DNA of 64,000 bases from an uncultured virus (IMG/VR IMGVR_UViG_2821904334_000002) (lineage: Duplodnaviria > Heunggongvirae > Uroviricota > Caudoviricetes). This document shows positions 48,613 to 58,271 of this stretch, piece after piece; the first letter of the stretch is position 1; each line of letters begins with the position of its first letter. Under the pieces are notes generated by a model that ran no database searches, was not told the origin of the DNA, and saw only the letters and a list, made by a program, of their open reading frames with translations. The position numbers were made by a program, and so were the translations under genes. The stretch lies in IMG/VR virus record IMGVR_UViG_2821904334_000002; one strand, written 5' to 3'.

Positions 48613-48939
48613 ATGGAAGACTTAAATTTCGATTTCCTAAAAGAATTATCTACGTTACATAACGAGATAGTGTTAGGTAGAAAACAAGATTCAGAGTTTC
48701 ATAGTTTTATCTTAGCAAACAAAGAAAGATTCAATAACTTAGAATATCTTTCTGTAGCTATGGAAAGATTTGAGTTGTCAGAAGAGTATATTCATCAAAA
48801 CTTTGAATCATGTAAGTTTGTTTATGATTTCATGCAAGAAAACCGATTTTCAGCATTAAATACAACTGGTCTTAGAACTGGAATCCGTTTAGGTATGTTC
48901 GAAGACTTTGTAGAAGACATCATGAAACAAGAGAGGTAG
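48613..48939 (+). CDS. hypothetical protein
   Basis: ORF track, SD GGAGGT. Confidence 0.65.
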   Translation: MEDLNFDFLKELSTLHNEIVLGRKQDSEFHSFILANKERFNNLEYLSVAMERFELSEEYIHQNFESCKFVYDFMQENRFSALNTTGLRTGIRLGMFEDFVEDIMKQER

Positions 48940-49115
48940 TAAGTATGAACATCTTTTTATGTACAACAGTAGGAGCATTCATTGTATCAGGGGCTTTAGT
49001 AGTCAGAACCGCCTACAAGGAAAGTAAGATGGATATGCTAGAGACTGGTGTATTTGGTCTGTCAGGGTTAATTTTATTAGTCGGTCTAATTATGTTAGTA
49101 ATACAGGGGTAGACT

Positions 49116-49150
49116 AGAAGGGTTTGTTAGAAATAGCAAGCCCTTTTTCT
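49116..49150 (+). terminator. intrinsic terminator
   Basis: AAGGGTTTGTTA-GAAA-TAGCAAGCCCTT + T-run. Confidence 0.75.
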
Positions 49151-49179
49151 TATATGTTGAAACAATATAGGAAACTATG

Positions 49180-49208
49180 TTGACAAATGCTGAAATCTAT
49201 GTTATAAT
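49180..49208 (+). promoter_or_regulatory. sigma-A type promoter
   Basis: TTGACA-N17-TATAAT. Confidence 0.85.
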
Positions 49209-49279
49209 AAGAGTATAAATTAAGGGAATAAGTAAATAGAAAAAGATAAAATAAAGAGAAATTGAGAGGGGTAAGAAAC

Positions 49280-49804
49280 ATGGAAGTAGTAGAGTTAGCA
49301 GTAGTAGAGGAAAACTTAAAACCATTTACAGGTGTTACATTAACAGGAGAATGGGAAGAGTGGCATGAAGAAGACGAAAACGGATTCCAAGCAAACAAGA
49401 AGTGTCCAAACGTAAAGAAAGATGATTGGGACAATGCTTCAGCTAGATTACATAATGGTCGTGTATTTTCAACTGATGGTGGCAAAACGTGGTTCTTAAA
49501 TGAAAACAGTGGAATGCCTTTAGACTTCCCTTGTGAATTGCCATCTGAACCCCAAAAATTCGTATTAAGTAACACTGGTTTAGAAGAAGTATCAGGAAAA
49601 GAAGCAAGTAACTTATTACGTGATGGTGGCAAACTTTGGTTTGAAGATTTAAACGGATATCTAACTTTTGAATGGTATTATGGAGAACCTAGAGTATTCT
49701 TTACAGACCCATTCCCAGTTCATGAAGACGAAGAACCACAACGAGGTATGACAGGGTGGACATTAGAAAAAGTACAAGCAAAACGATGGTTAAGAGAGGG
49801 GTAA
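49280..49804 (+). CDS. family D domain protein
   Basis: VSGKEASNLLRDGGKLWFEDLNGYL...WTLEKVQAKRWL. Confidence 0.75.
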   Translation: MEVVELAVVEENLKPFTGVTLTGEWEEWHEEDENGFQANKKCPNVKKDDWDNASARLHNGRVFSTDGGKTWFLNENSGMPLDFPCELPSEPQKFVLSNTGLEEVSGKEASNLLRDGGKLWFEDLNGYLTFEWYYGEPRVFFTDPFPVHEDEEPQRGMTGWTLEKVQAKRWLREG

Positions 49805-49809
49805 GTTAA

Positions 49810-50112
49810 ATGTCAGTAGAAAATACAACTACAAATGTAGAAGAAACACCTATGTTTGTTACAATAAACGGTAATAAGTTAAAGCTAGTAAAGGATTGTG
49901 AGTTTGTTACAGGAGATTATGCGGTTAAACTTTTGGAGGAAGGTCAAGAACTAATTAATCCTGAGAATAATGATGTAGTATATTATCAAGAGTATTGTGG
50001 TAAAGGTATTATTTATAGAAACGGTATAGAATCAGAATTAGACATGGATTTCATTGAAACAAAATATTGGTTGTATAATCCGAAAAAGAAATGGGTGGGT
50101 TCTTATGAGTAG
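49810..50112 (+). CDS. family D domain protein
   Basis: CEFVTGDYAVKLLEEGQEL...KYWL. Confidence 0.7.
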   Translation: MSVENTTTNVEETPMFVTINGNKLKLVKDCEFVTGDYAVKLLEEGQELINPENNDVVYYQEYCGKGIIYRNGIESELDMDFIETKYWLYNPKKKWVGSYE

Positions 50113-50500
50113 AGAAATTAAGGTATTTACAAGTAAAACTGGTGTATTAACAGTAAAAGACGTAGAAACAGGAGAAACAATGCCATTCTCTGAACTTGTA
50201 AAAGCAGGTCATGAAGAAGAACTTATCCTTGTTCCTGAGAAAACAGTACCTTCTATTACAGTGAACGGAACAAAATTAGAAGTAGTTGAAGGTTGTGAAT
50301 ATGTGACAGGTAGAGATGTAGAACACCATTTACGAGAAGGTGAAACATTATACTTCACTGATTTAAATGGTTATATGAAATTATTATACAATAACGGAAT
50401 AGGCAGACTGTATAGTAATCGAAATAGTTCTTCACTTGTAGAGTCAGGTTACAGAATGGATGAAGTAACTCGTATGTTTTGGTTAATTAAATCTAAATAA
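50105..50500 (+). CDS. family D domain protein
   Basis: CEYVTGRDVEHHLREGETLYFTDLNGYM...MFWL. Confidence 0.7.
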   Translation: MSREIKVFTSKTGVLTVKDVETGETMPFSELVKAGHEEELILVPEKTVPSITVNGTKLEVVEGCEYVTGRDVEHHLREGETLYFTDLNGYMKLLYNNGIGRLYSNRNSSSLVESGYRMDEVTRMFWLIKSK

Positions 50501-50513
50501 GGGGTAGGTTCAA

Positions 50514-50909
50514 ATGCCGAAAAGAGTAACTGTATATAAAGATGAGATAACAAAAGATTGGACAATAAAAGACCAAAGTACAGGAGATACATACGATTTA
50601 GAAGATGTGTTATCTGAAAAGTTCGCTGATACTGTATGGATTATAGACAAAGAATCAGAAAGCAAACAAGAGATTCCAGTTACAAGAGTAAAAGATTTCA
50701 GAACTGTAACAGAACACGAAGCGGTTGAACTTGTTATAAAAGGTCATAAACTATATTCATTACCACTAGATAGTTACGTAAAGCTTCAAGAGTCTGAATT
50801 AAAGAATGAACTTGTTTGGAGAACATTATACGATGAAGATATTAAACAATTAGGCTTTACGCTAAATTATGATTATATTATGCGAAACCAATGGTTGGTG
50901 AAGGGGTAG
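50514..50909 (+). CDS. family D domain protein
   Basis: VTEHEAVELVIKGHKLYSLPLDSYV...NQWL. Confidence 0.7.
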   Translation: MPKRVTVYKDEITKDWTIKDQSTGDTYDLEDVLSEKFADTVWIIDKESESKQEIPVTRVKDFRTVTEHEAVELVIKGHKLYSLPLDSYVKLQESELKNELVWRTLYDEDIKQLGFTLNYDYIMRNQWLVKG

Positions 50910-50915
50910 TTTCAA

Positions 50916-51629
50916 ATGAACTCACAAAAAGTTGAAATGTATATGGACAAGCAAACGGGTAAATGGATATTAAAACATCAAGATTACAAGAGTACATTTG
51001 ATTTAGAATCTATTCTTCAAAACCACTTTGGACGAGACGAAGATGTAAAAATTAATTTTACGGGTATTAAAGAAGGAACTAGCAAGATAAATAGTAAAGA
51101 CAAGTTAACTATGAATAAAGAACCTATAATCGAGTCTAATTTTAAAGGGTTTATAGTAGCACAAGGTAATAATGCAATAAACCATATAGAAAATAGAGGT
51201 AAATTGTGGTTTGCAGATTTAAACAACTATCTGTCCTATGAAATGCATGAAGGAAAACTTCAAATTACAGGTACATGTATAGAAGACTTACATACGCATC
51301 TACCTACAACTTGGACATTAGAGGAAATAGCAAAGAGACAGTGGCTTATAAAGGAAAACCCTAACTATAAACCTAAGGTAGTTATGTATCGTAATTTAAA
51401 GTTTATAGAGGTAACAGGTCACTTAGCCCTTATACATTTAAAAAGAGGTGTAAACCTTTACTATGAAGGAATAAAAGAATTTATTCTAATGAAAAACATA
51501 AAAGGTAGGCAAAATATTGTAGCTTTTAAGAATGGAGATATACGTTTACCTGAGTATACAAGAGAAACAAAAGAGTCAGTAGTAAATAAGAACTGGTTTG
51601 TATTGGAGGAAGACTATGAAACAGCCTAA
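50916..51629 (+). CDS. family D domain protein (2 copies)
   Basis: GKLWFADLNNYL...WTLEEIAKRQWL; VTGHLALIHLKRGVNLYY...KNWF. Confidence 0.75.
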   Translation: MNSQKVEMYMDKQTGKWILKHQDYKSTFDLESILQNHFGRDEDVKINFTGIKEGTSKINSKDKLTMNKEPIIESNFKGFIVAQGNNAINHIENRGKLWFADLNNYLSYEMHEGKLQITGTCIEDLHTHLPTTWTLEEIAKRQWLIKENPNYKPKVVMYRNLKFIEVTGHLALIHLKRGVNLYYEGIKEFILMKNIKGRQNIVAFKNGDIRLPEYTRETKESVVNKNWFVLEEDYETA

Positions 51630-52317
51630 AATTAATATTCAAGGTAAGATTTATAAGGTATTAGAATTAGGTTTCCATTCAAAGACGGGTGAGTTAGATA
51701 AGGTATTGTTTCAAATTAAAGAACATAATAATTGTCATGTATTTAAGAAAGATACAATGGTTAATGATAAATTAACAGAAAACATTCCAATTACAGAAAC
51801 CACTAGACATCCTTATCATGACTATTATCATGCGCCTGATTTAGAATCTTTACTTATCTATAACGATGATGCAATAGTAAAAACCTTCACTGAAAAGTCT
51901 TTAGTTGCTTTGAGTACGCACATTCAAACAGGGGTAGGTGTAAAACTTTCAGAGTTAGAATTAAAAGAGGTTGTGAAAGAACTTCCTTTAGAGATAGTAA
52001 ATAAAGGTACTGAACTAGAAGACGTGTATTCGAAAGCAAGTTACGTGTTATACACTTGGATTTGCGAAAATAAAGACTTGATTAAAAGCAAGAAGTCTTT
52101 CGATAAGGGGTATTTAGATTCTATTCGTGAAGTTACTTTACAAGCTACAAGCGTGTATTTAACAGAAGAACAAACTAAAGAAGTTGCCTATATTTTACCT
52201 TCTGAAATTGAAGACTTAGTAGCAATAAAAGGTAATCAAGATGAGTCAATTTTAGAACAGATATATCAATGGGTAGACACAAATATGGATAAAATAAACG
52301 AAATTTTAGAAAAGTAG
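51616..52317 (+). CDS. hypothetical protein with internal helical repeat
   Basis: TGVGVKLSELELKEVVKELPLEI...WI vs ATSVYLTEEQTKEVAYILPSEI...WV. Confidence 0.65.
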   Translation: MKQPKINIQGKIYKVLELGFHSKTGELDKVLFQIKEHNNCHVFKKDTMVNDKLTENIPITETTRHPYHDYYHAPDLESLLIYNDDAIVKTFTEKSLVALSTHIQTGVGVKLSELELKEVVKELPLEIVNKGTELEDVYSKASYVLYTWICENKDLIKSKKSFDKGYLDSIREVTLQATSVYLTEEQTKEVAYILPSEIEDLVAIKGNQDESILEQIYQWVDTNMDKINEILEK

Positions 52318-52521
52318 AACAGAGGTTGTTGTGTATGACTATGCAAAATGTATATTTACTACTTTCTTTAATATTAACATCTATTACACTAAACTTAGTT
52401 GTAATGAAAAGACACAATAAAGATAAAGTAAAGACTCGTCATATCGTTGAGTCTTTACTTTTGACAATAGGGGTAATTGGATTCCATTTACTCTATTTTT
52501 AATTAAAACAGGAGGGTAAAC

Positions 52522-52773
52522 ATGAACTACATAAACACAATCCCTGCCGAAACATTATTCTACGTGTTAGGTAGTTTAACAGGGGTAATAACGTTATTTT
52601 TCATTTACTTGAAACTAAGAAATCTATATACAATTAGTAATCATTTAATTAGTACATTTGCATTAGCAACAGCAGGTTTCTTTATTTATAACTACTTTGT
52701 TCTTCAAGACAGCGGAAGCAACTTTTTAAGTTTACCAGTGATTCATGATTTTATGCGAATAGTAACTCCATAA
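52522..52773 (+). CDS. small membrane protein
   Basis: SD AGGAGGG; hydropathy. Confidence 0.6.
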   Translation: MNYINTIPAETLFYVLGSLTGVITLFFIYLKLRNLYTISNHLISTFALATAGFFIYNYFVLQDSGSNFLSLPVIHDFMRIVTP

Positions 52774-52789
52774 AGGAAGTGAAACAGGT

Positions 52790-52990
52790 ATGTTATTTAC
52801 GTTTGTTATACATCTAGAAGAAGGTAAGCAGAAGGGTTTAGTGAAGAATTTTGATTTCACAATACAAGCTGAGTCTTATTCAAAGAAACTCATATCCGAG
52901 AAAGCTGAGACAATTAAGATAGAAATCTTCCAATACGTAAACAGTAGCTTCACTCTTGTAGACAGTGTATATAACGTAGAGAAAGAATAA
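52790..52990 (+). CDS. hypothetical protein
   Basis: ORF track. Confidence 0.5.
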   Translation: MLFTFVIHLEEGKQKGLVKNFDFTIQAESYSKKLISEKAETIKIEIFQYVNSSFTLVDSVYNVEKE

Positions 52991-53393
52991 AAGAGTCAGG
53001 GGTATATTATCATGAACACATATGGGTGTATTACATTAGGTATTTTCATACTTACTTGCTTATCTGCCCTAAGACGGGCATATAAGGAGAGAAGATTTAG
53101 TTTTATTGAACTATTAATACTAGGTCTATCAACTTATATTCTCGTTTTAGGTTTATATAAGGTATAAAGACCAATTTTATATGCAATTATTCCATAAAAA
53201 TAAGCAATTTCAAACTTTTTAACATTTTGAAAGAAAAATAATAAATTAGCTAACAGATAGGTAGAGATAGCCTAACAAAGAAAAATTTTAATAAACGAAA
53301 TAAGCTTATAAACTATAGCTATATCTATAGAACAGATATGTATAATAGGTTAAATGAAGGAAATGAAAAGAGAACATATTTTAAAAATTTTAG

Positions 53394-53418
53394 TAACTTC
53401 ACCTATGAATTACTGTCT
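53394..53418 (+). promoter_or_regulatory. candidate ECF-sigma-like promoter
   Basis: TAACTTC-N10-TACTGTCT. Confidence 0.4.
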
Positions 53419-53530
53419 GTAGGAAAGAAGAAAACGAGTGAGATTTTTCACCAATTTTTAATCAAACAGAGGTAAAATCTAGGGTAAAACCTAGTTTAAT
53501 ATAATACAAACAATGAAGGAGGTGATGTGA

Positions 53531-53899
53531 ATGTATCATTCGAGACGTGATGTATTTGATGGACTCGCTTCTTTGGAAGATTACGCAAAAATAGTAGAAC
53601 TTATGCTGAAATTAGAGGGTGAGAAACTGAAAGGAGAGTCAATCTATAGTGCTGTCAGAGAAATAAAGGGTATTGCACAAAACGAACATGAAGTTACAGA
53701 ACCAGAATTAAATGCATTTATAAACGATGCAAACCGTATCAAGAACACATTTAATTATGTATCTGAACATTTTCCTGCAACAAAGTCATTCATTGAAAAG
53801 TACATTACTGTTCATACAGAAGTAATTGATAAATCTGTAGACTTCTACCGTAATGGTGATAAGAAGGGTGAGAACCTAGAAAACACGATTTGGGGTTAA
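53531..53899 (+). CDS. hypothetical protein
   Basis: Perfect SD AAGGAGGTGAT. Confidence 0.75.
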   Translation: MYHSRRDVFDGLASLEDYAKIVELMLKLEGEKLKGESIYSAVREIKGIAQNEHEVTEPELNAFINDANRIKNTFNYVSEHFPATKSFIEKYITVHTEVIDKSVDFYRNGDKKGENLENTIWG

Positions 53900-53903
53900 A
53901 TAA

Positions 53904-54107
53904 ATGTGTGAGATATTGTATGGGGTAGGCATATTCATCTACTTTTATATGTGTATTAAAACTCTTTTGTACTATAAGAAAACAAATAAAGTACATGAAC
54001 TAGGTATTACACTAGTAATTATAATAGGTTTTGTTCTAATCTATTTTATGCCTGAGACTTTAAAAGATTTGTTACCTTACTTGGCTACACCTTTAAGTTT
54101 CCAGTAA
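53904..54107 (+). CDS. small membrane protein
   Basis: Hydropathy. Confidence 0.5.
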   Translation: MCEILYGVGIFIYFYMCIKTLLYYKKTNKVHELGITLVIIIGFVLIYFMPETLKDLLPYLATPLSFQ

Positions 54108-54167
54108 GTACCTATTAGACTTGGCGGTCTTGGATTGGGGTACTAAACTATGGAAGAGGTTATTCAA

Positions 54168-54569
54168 ATGGGTTTACATTCAGGTTTTTACAAATTAAAC
54201 AACAAGGAATTAGAGAAGGAAAACAGATTACATTACAAAACAGAAGCGAAAGAAAAGTATGACTTTTTCGGTAATGGAATCATATATCAATGGTTTATCC
54301 GTAAGGTAATGGACAGCAAGCCTTCTTACGACTATTTTAAAATTAACAAAGAAATGGTACAAGAATTACGAGACACATGTGAAAGAGTATGGAACGACCC
54401 TGAGTTGGGCTATACGGAATTACCATTCAATAAAGACTGGCGGGGTAGATTCTCTCAAAACGATGAAAGTTATTTTGAGTACATCGAAAAAGCAATAGAA
54501 TGGTTAGACTTCATATTAGAATATCATGATTTTGAAAAAGAAACATTATATTATAGCGCAGATTGGTAA
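54168..54569 (+). CDS. hypothetical protein of a common phage type
   Basis: MGL...WF...LRDTC...LP...LYYSADW pattern; start after GAGGT. Confidence 0.65.
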   Translation: MGLHSGFYKLNNKELEKENRLHYKTEAKEKYDFFGNGIIYQWFIRKVMDSKPSYDYFKINKEMVQELRDTCERVWNDPELGYTELPFNKDWRGRFSQNDESYFEYIEKAIEWLDFILEYHDFEKETLYYSADW

Positions 54570-54574
54570 GAAAA

Positions 54575-54859
54575 AGAGCCTATAAACCAATATCTTTTCT
54601 TTTAAAGACAAAGGGACTATAGGCTCTATGTGAAGGAACTCGGACAATTCTTCATATGTCAGTAAAGAATTGTCCTTCAGCGAAAATGGGGTAAACTCGG
54701 TATGGGGTTAGGTACATCAATGCCTAAAACCAAAAATTGATGTATAGAACTGAGCGTTAGAGTGTATAGAATGTTTACCCCTTAGTTTAAACGAGTATTG
54801 CAAATGTAAGTACTGAGTTTATAAGAAACCGACTATCAATTAGAGGTAGTCGGTTTCTT
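54575..54859. ncRNA. candidate structured non-coding RNA (strand unresolved)
   Basis: Six perfect or near-perfect helices in a 285-nt ORF-free interval. Confidence 0.4.
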
Positions 54860-55011
54860 CATCTATAGATTTACCAATATGAGTGAAGAAAATACAGGTA
54901 AGTACTGGACGAAATTATAAGAGGTATAAAGTAGCGTAAAAGTAAAATCTACTATAATGAATCTATGAAACTATATCTAACATATTAATAGACAGGAAAG
55001 AGGTAAAAGAA

Positions 55012-55563
55012 ATGAGTCAAGTAGTTAACTTAGAAGAGTTATTCGCATTACAAAAAGTATTAGACACTCGTATTGTATTAGAACACCCGATTCTAGAAGG
55101 TGAAGACCGCTTAGGTAAGAAGTTTTTAGCGTTAAACGTTGAGTTGTATGAGTGGATTAACGAGTTACCTGAGACGTTTAAGTATTGGAGTAACAAGAAG
55201 AACAAGTATGATGAATCACTAAAAGAATACGTAGACGGATTACATTTCATCTTATCAATTGGTTTAGAGATTGGGTTTGATACTACACAAGACATCCATG
55301 TTACATATCCAACAGCATTCTTAGGTCATGACATGGTAGTAGGAGAGTTCCACCAAAAGTTCATGATTTTCCAATCGTTAGTTAACAAGGTGTATGTTTA
55401 CGGAGACATTACAGAGAATCACCACCGTAATCAAGAATACCGAGACATGTTATCAGCTTACCTAAAACTAGGTGAAGAAATTGGATACAAAACAGAAGAT
55501 GTAGTCATTTTCTACAAGCGCAAAAACGAAGTAAATCACGAGCGTCAAACGAATAATTATTAA
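55012..55563 (+). CDS. dut: dimeric (all-alpha) dUTPase
   Basis: LFALQKVLDTRI, ALNVELYE, FKYWS, EYVDGLHFILS, YKRKNEVNHERQ. Confidence 0.9.
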   Translation: MSQVVNLEELFALQKVLDTRIVLEHPILEGEDRLGKKFLALNVELYEWINELPETFKYWSNKKNKYDESLKEYVDGLHFILSIGLEIGFDTTQDIHVTYPTAFLGHDMVVGEFHQKFMIFQSLVNKVYVYGDITENHHRNQEYRDMLSAYLKLGEEIGYKTEDVVIFYKRKNEVNHERQTNNY

Positions 55564-55580
55564 ACAAGGAGGGGTAGTAT

Positions 55581-57473
55581 ATGTCAGTTGAAGAATTAAA
55601 AGACCAAGAAGTACATGGTGATGAAGAAGATTTTGAAGATGAAGACGAACTTATCGAAGAAGAAGACGATGAGGAAATCATCGAAGAGGAAGACGATGAA
55701 GAACTAGATGACGATGATGACGAAGAGGAATTCATTGAAGAAGACGAGGACGAAGAGTTCGAGGAAGAAGATGAAGACCTAGAGGAAGATGATGAGGATT
55801 TCGAGGAAGAGGACGAAGACCTTGACGAAGAAGATGATGAGGAATTGGAAGAAGACGAAGATGATTTAGATGAAGACGAACTTGATGATTCTGAAGACGA
55901 AACTATCGAAGAAGACGAGGATGAACATCTAACGTATGAAGAAGATGGTCAAGAAGTCGAAGACGAACCTGTTATTGGTGAAGGTATGTTTCAACCAGTA
56001 GAAGAACCAAGTGAAGTATTCATACAAAACCCTTCTGTTGATTTAGGAAGTGGTATTACTTTAGATGCTCCAACTGATGAAAAACCGCTACCTAAAGTCG
56101 TATTAGAAAAGAACATGGATACAGACGAAATTGAAGATTCTGAGTCTCGTGAAACATTGAGTTTACTAAGTAGTACATCTGAAACGTTATCTGATATGGG
56201 TATAGAAAAGGAAAATTACACGCTAACTTACGTAAATAATATCAAACTTACGAAAATAGCGATTAGTGAGCCAATGAAGAAAGGTAGAGCATCGACAATT
56301 GTTGGTTTAACGAAGTCAGTCGGTGAGTTAGGGGTAGTAACGCCAATTCACTTAATGAAACTAGAAACCGCAGACGAAGATGAAGATTCAGACATGCCTG
56401 CTTATCAAACCATTGATGGGTTAAGACGTATCTACAGTTCTGTTAAGAATAATTTAGAAACAATTCCTGCAATTGTTTGGGACTTTAGAGATAAACAGAA
56501 AGGTAGACAAGCCGCACTTATCTTAGGTCTTACACTAAACCGTCAACAAAAGAGAACATGGTCTGAGATTTGGGATTTATATACTATCTTAGAACGTCAA
56601 ACTCAAATTAAGCCGAATACATTTGAGTCTCTCTTCCAGTTAGAGGGCGGAGACGCTATGAAGTTAAAAGACGTAGTTCTAAGTGAATATACAGAAGTAA
56701 AAGAAGAGTTGTTCTCTAATGAAAAGACTCTAGAACAATGTTATAAAAACTTACAAAAGCTACGTAAAGAAGAAAATACATTAGAGATTGAAGACCAAAC
56801 TGGTTTCGCTGAAACAAGTGATATGGCAAAAGATGTAGTAGAAGGGGAAGAAAAACCTGAGGTTCAATTATCTAATGATGAAGTATTAGCTATCCTTGAA
56901 ATGGGGGAAGCATTAGATAAAGAGATAAACCCTGATGATTTTGGCAGTATGGGTGATATGTTTGGGGAAGTTACACATCAAGATGTGAAAAACCGTAAAC
57001 CAGTTGACCCAATAATCAAACAGCAGACTTTAGCTAGAGATGACTACCGTTGTAGATGTTGTGGAACTGGTGGGAAAGCCTTCTTATCTACGATAATTTT
57101 CCACCACATCGTTCCTGTTCATGCAGGTGGACCGGATACTGTAGCTAACGGTTTAACACTTTGCGACTCTTGTCACATCACACTTCATGTAATAGAACGA
57201 AACGGTAGACTTCCTCTTACAGAAGAAGAGTTTAAAGAGTATGAACCAGAAGACCAATGGAGAATCAAGAATATCCTTCATTATGCTCGAATTGCTATCA
57301 TGGCAGGTAAGAATAAAGGTCTAACTGACGAACAAAGAAAAGAATTAGCTAAATCAGGTACAAGACATCGTATGCCAGGTGAAGGAAACAAAGAAAATCA
57401 ACAAGGTTTTGCTTTATATGAACAAAACTTAGCAGAAGCAGACAAAGTGGAAGAAGAAAATACAGCATCTTAA
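55581..57473 (+). CDS. acidic-tract / ParB-Srx-like / HNH endonuclease fusion protein
   Basis: ~120-aa D/E tract; LTKSVGELGVVTPI...TIDGLRRI...IPAIV; LARDDYRCRCCG...HHIVPVHAGGPDTVANGLTLCDSCH. Confidence 0.85.
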   Translation: MSVEELKDQEVHGDEEDFEDEDELIEEEDDEEIIEEEDDEELDDDDDEEEFIEEDEDEEFEEEDEDLEEDDEDFEEEDEDLDEEDDEELEEDEDDLDEDELDDSEDETIEEDEDEHLTYEEDGQEVEDEPVIGEGMFQPVEEPSEVFIQNPSVDLGSGITLDAPTDEKPLPKVVLEKNMDTDEIEDSESRETLSLLSSTSETLSDMGIEKENYTLTYVNNIKLTKIAISEPMKKGRASTIVGLTKSVGELGVVTPIHLMKLETADEDEDSDMPAYQTIDGLRRIYSSVKNNLETIPAIVWDFRDKQKGRQAALILGLTLNRQQKRTWSEIWDLYTILERQTQIKPNTFESLFQLEGGDAMKLKDVVLSEYTEVKEELFSNEKTLEQCYKNLQKLRKEENTLEIEDQTGFAETSDMAKDVVEGEEKPEVQLSNDEVLAILEMGEALDKEINPDDFGSMGDMFGEVTHQDVKNRKPVDPIIKQQTLARDDYRCRCCGTGGKAFLSTIIFHHIVPVHAGGPDTVANGLTLCDSCHITLHVIERNGRLPLTEEEFKEYEPEDQWRIKNILHYARIAIMAGKNKGLTDEQRKELAKSGTRHRMPGEGNKENQQGFALYEQNLAEADKVEEENTAS

Positions 57474-57535
57474 AAGGGTAGGAGACTATCTCTTTTCTTG
57501 CTGAAATTTTAGGGGACAATGGAGGAACAATAATA

Positions 57536-58006
57536 ATGAATAAAGAGTTTGAGTTTAAGGGTGCAGGGAAATCTAAGATAGTAATAGACGGTAATTTCAT
57601 TCGTATATCTCGAAAAGGATTTATGAACCTTATGAACCACGGTCTAGGCGGTGAGAAAGTAATAGACCTAAATAACGTAACAGGTGTTCAAATGAAGAAA
57701 GCAGGTTTTACAAACGGCTATATTCAGTTTATCTTTGTAGGTAGTCAAGAAAGTAAACGTGGAGTATTTGCAGCAACTCAAGATGAAAATACTGTTATGT
57801 TTAGTAAGAAAGAACAACCTAAAGCAGAGGAAATTAAGAAGTATGTAGAAAACTTCCTAGCTAACAAAAGCAAACCACAAGTTGCAAGTACAATAGAGTC
57901 AGTTAGCGTAGCTGACGAAATTGTAAAGTTAAACGATTTAAAAGAAAAAGGTATTCTTACAGAAGAAGAATTCCAATCAGAGAAAAAGAAGCTATTAGGT
58001 TTGTAA
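57536..58006 (+). CDS. DUF4429 (PH-like) plus C-terminal SHOCT domain protein
   Basis: GEKVIDLNNVTGVQMKKAGFTNGYIQF; ADEIVKLNDLKEKGILTEEEFQSEKKKLL. Confidence 0.85.
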   Translation: MNKEFEFKGAGKSKIVIDGNFIRISRKGFMNLMNHGLGGEKVIDLNNVTGVQMKKAGFTNGYIQFIFVGSQESKRGVFAATQDENTVMFSKKEQPKAEEIKKYVENFLANKSKPQVASTIESVSVADEIVKLNDLKEKGILTEEEFQSEKKKLLGL

Positions 58007-58028
58007 TAGCAAGAAGGGGTAGATAAAC

Positions 58029-58271
58029 ATGGCAAGAACGAACTGGGTTAAGCAACCAAACTTTGAACAATATCACAGTCACCACATTACAATAGAACAT
58101 TATGGTGAGAAAGTACCAGTATATACAATCTTACTAAACCCACAGATTGGTAGATATGTAATAGGTAGTTTCTATGCATTTACGAGTGAATATACACCAT
58201 TCCAACCACATTTAAACTTCGGTACTGTAGCAGAAGCAAAGAAATATATTGATTCAAACTACAACAAGTAA
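58029..58271 (+). CDS. hypothetical protein
   Basis: ORF track. Confidence 0.6.
   Translation: MARTNWVKQPNFEQYHSHHITIEHYGEKVPVYTILLNPQIGRYVIGSFYAFTSEYTPFQPHLNFGTVAEAKKYIDSNYNK

Noticed and set aside
53166..53530. Replication origin in the AT-rich gap
   Set aside because: No iterons or DnaA boxes seen; only short palindromes and a 14-nt match (CTAGTTTAATATAA) to 62971, which is insufficient.
54575..54859. tmRNA, hammerhead ribozyme or known riboswitch identity for the structured region
   Set aside because: No tRNA-like acceptor/CCA end, no CUGAUGA/GAAA core in the right arrangement, no aptamer I recognise; kept only as an unassigned candidate.
55581..57473. Simple free-standing HNH homing endonuclease
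   Set aside because: HNH is in frame with ParB-like and acidic regions in one 630-aa ORF, with no internal stop.
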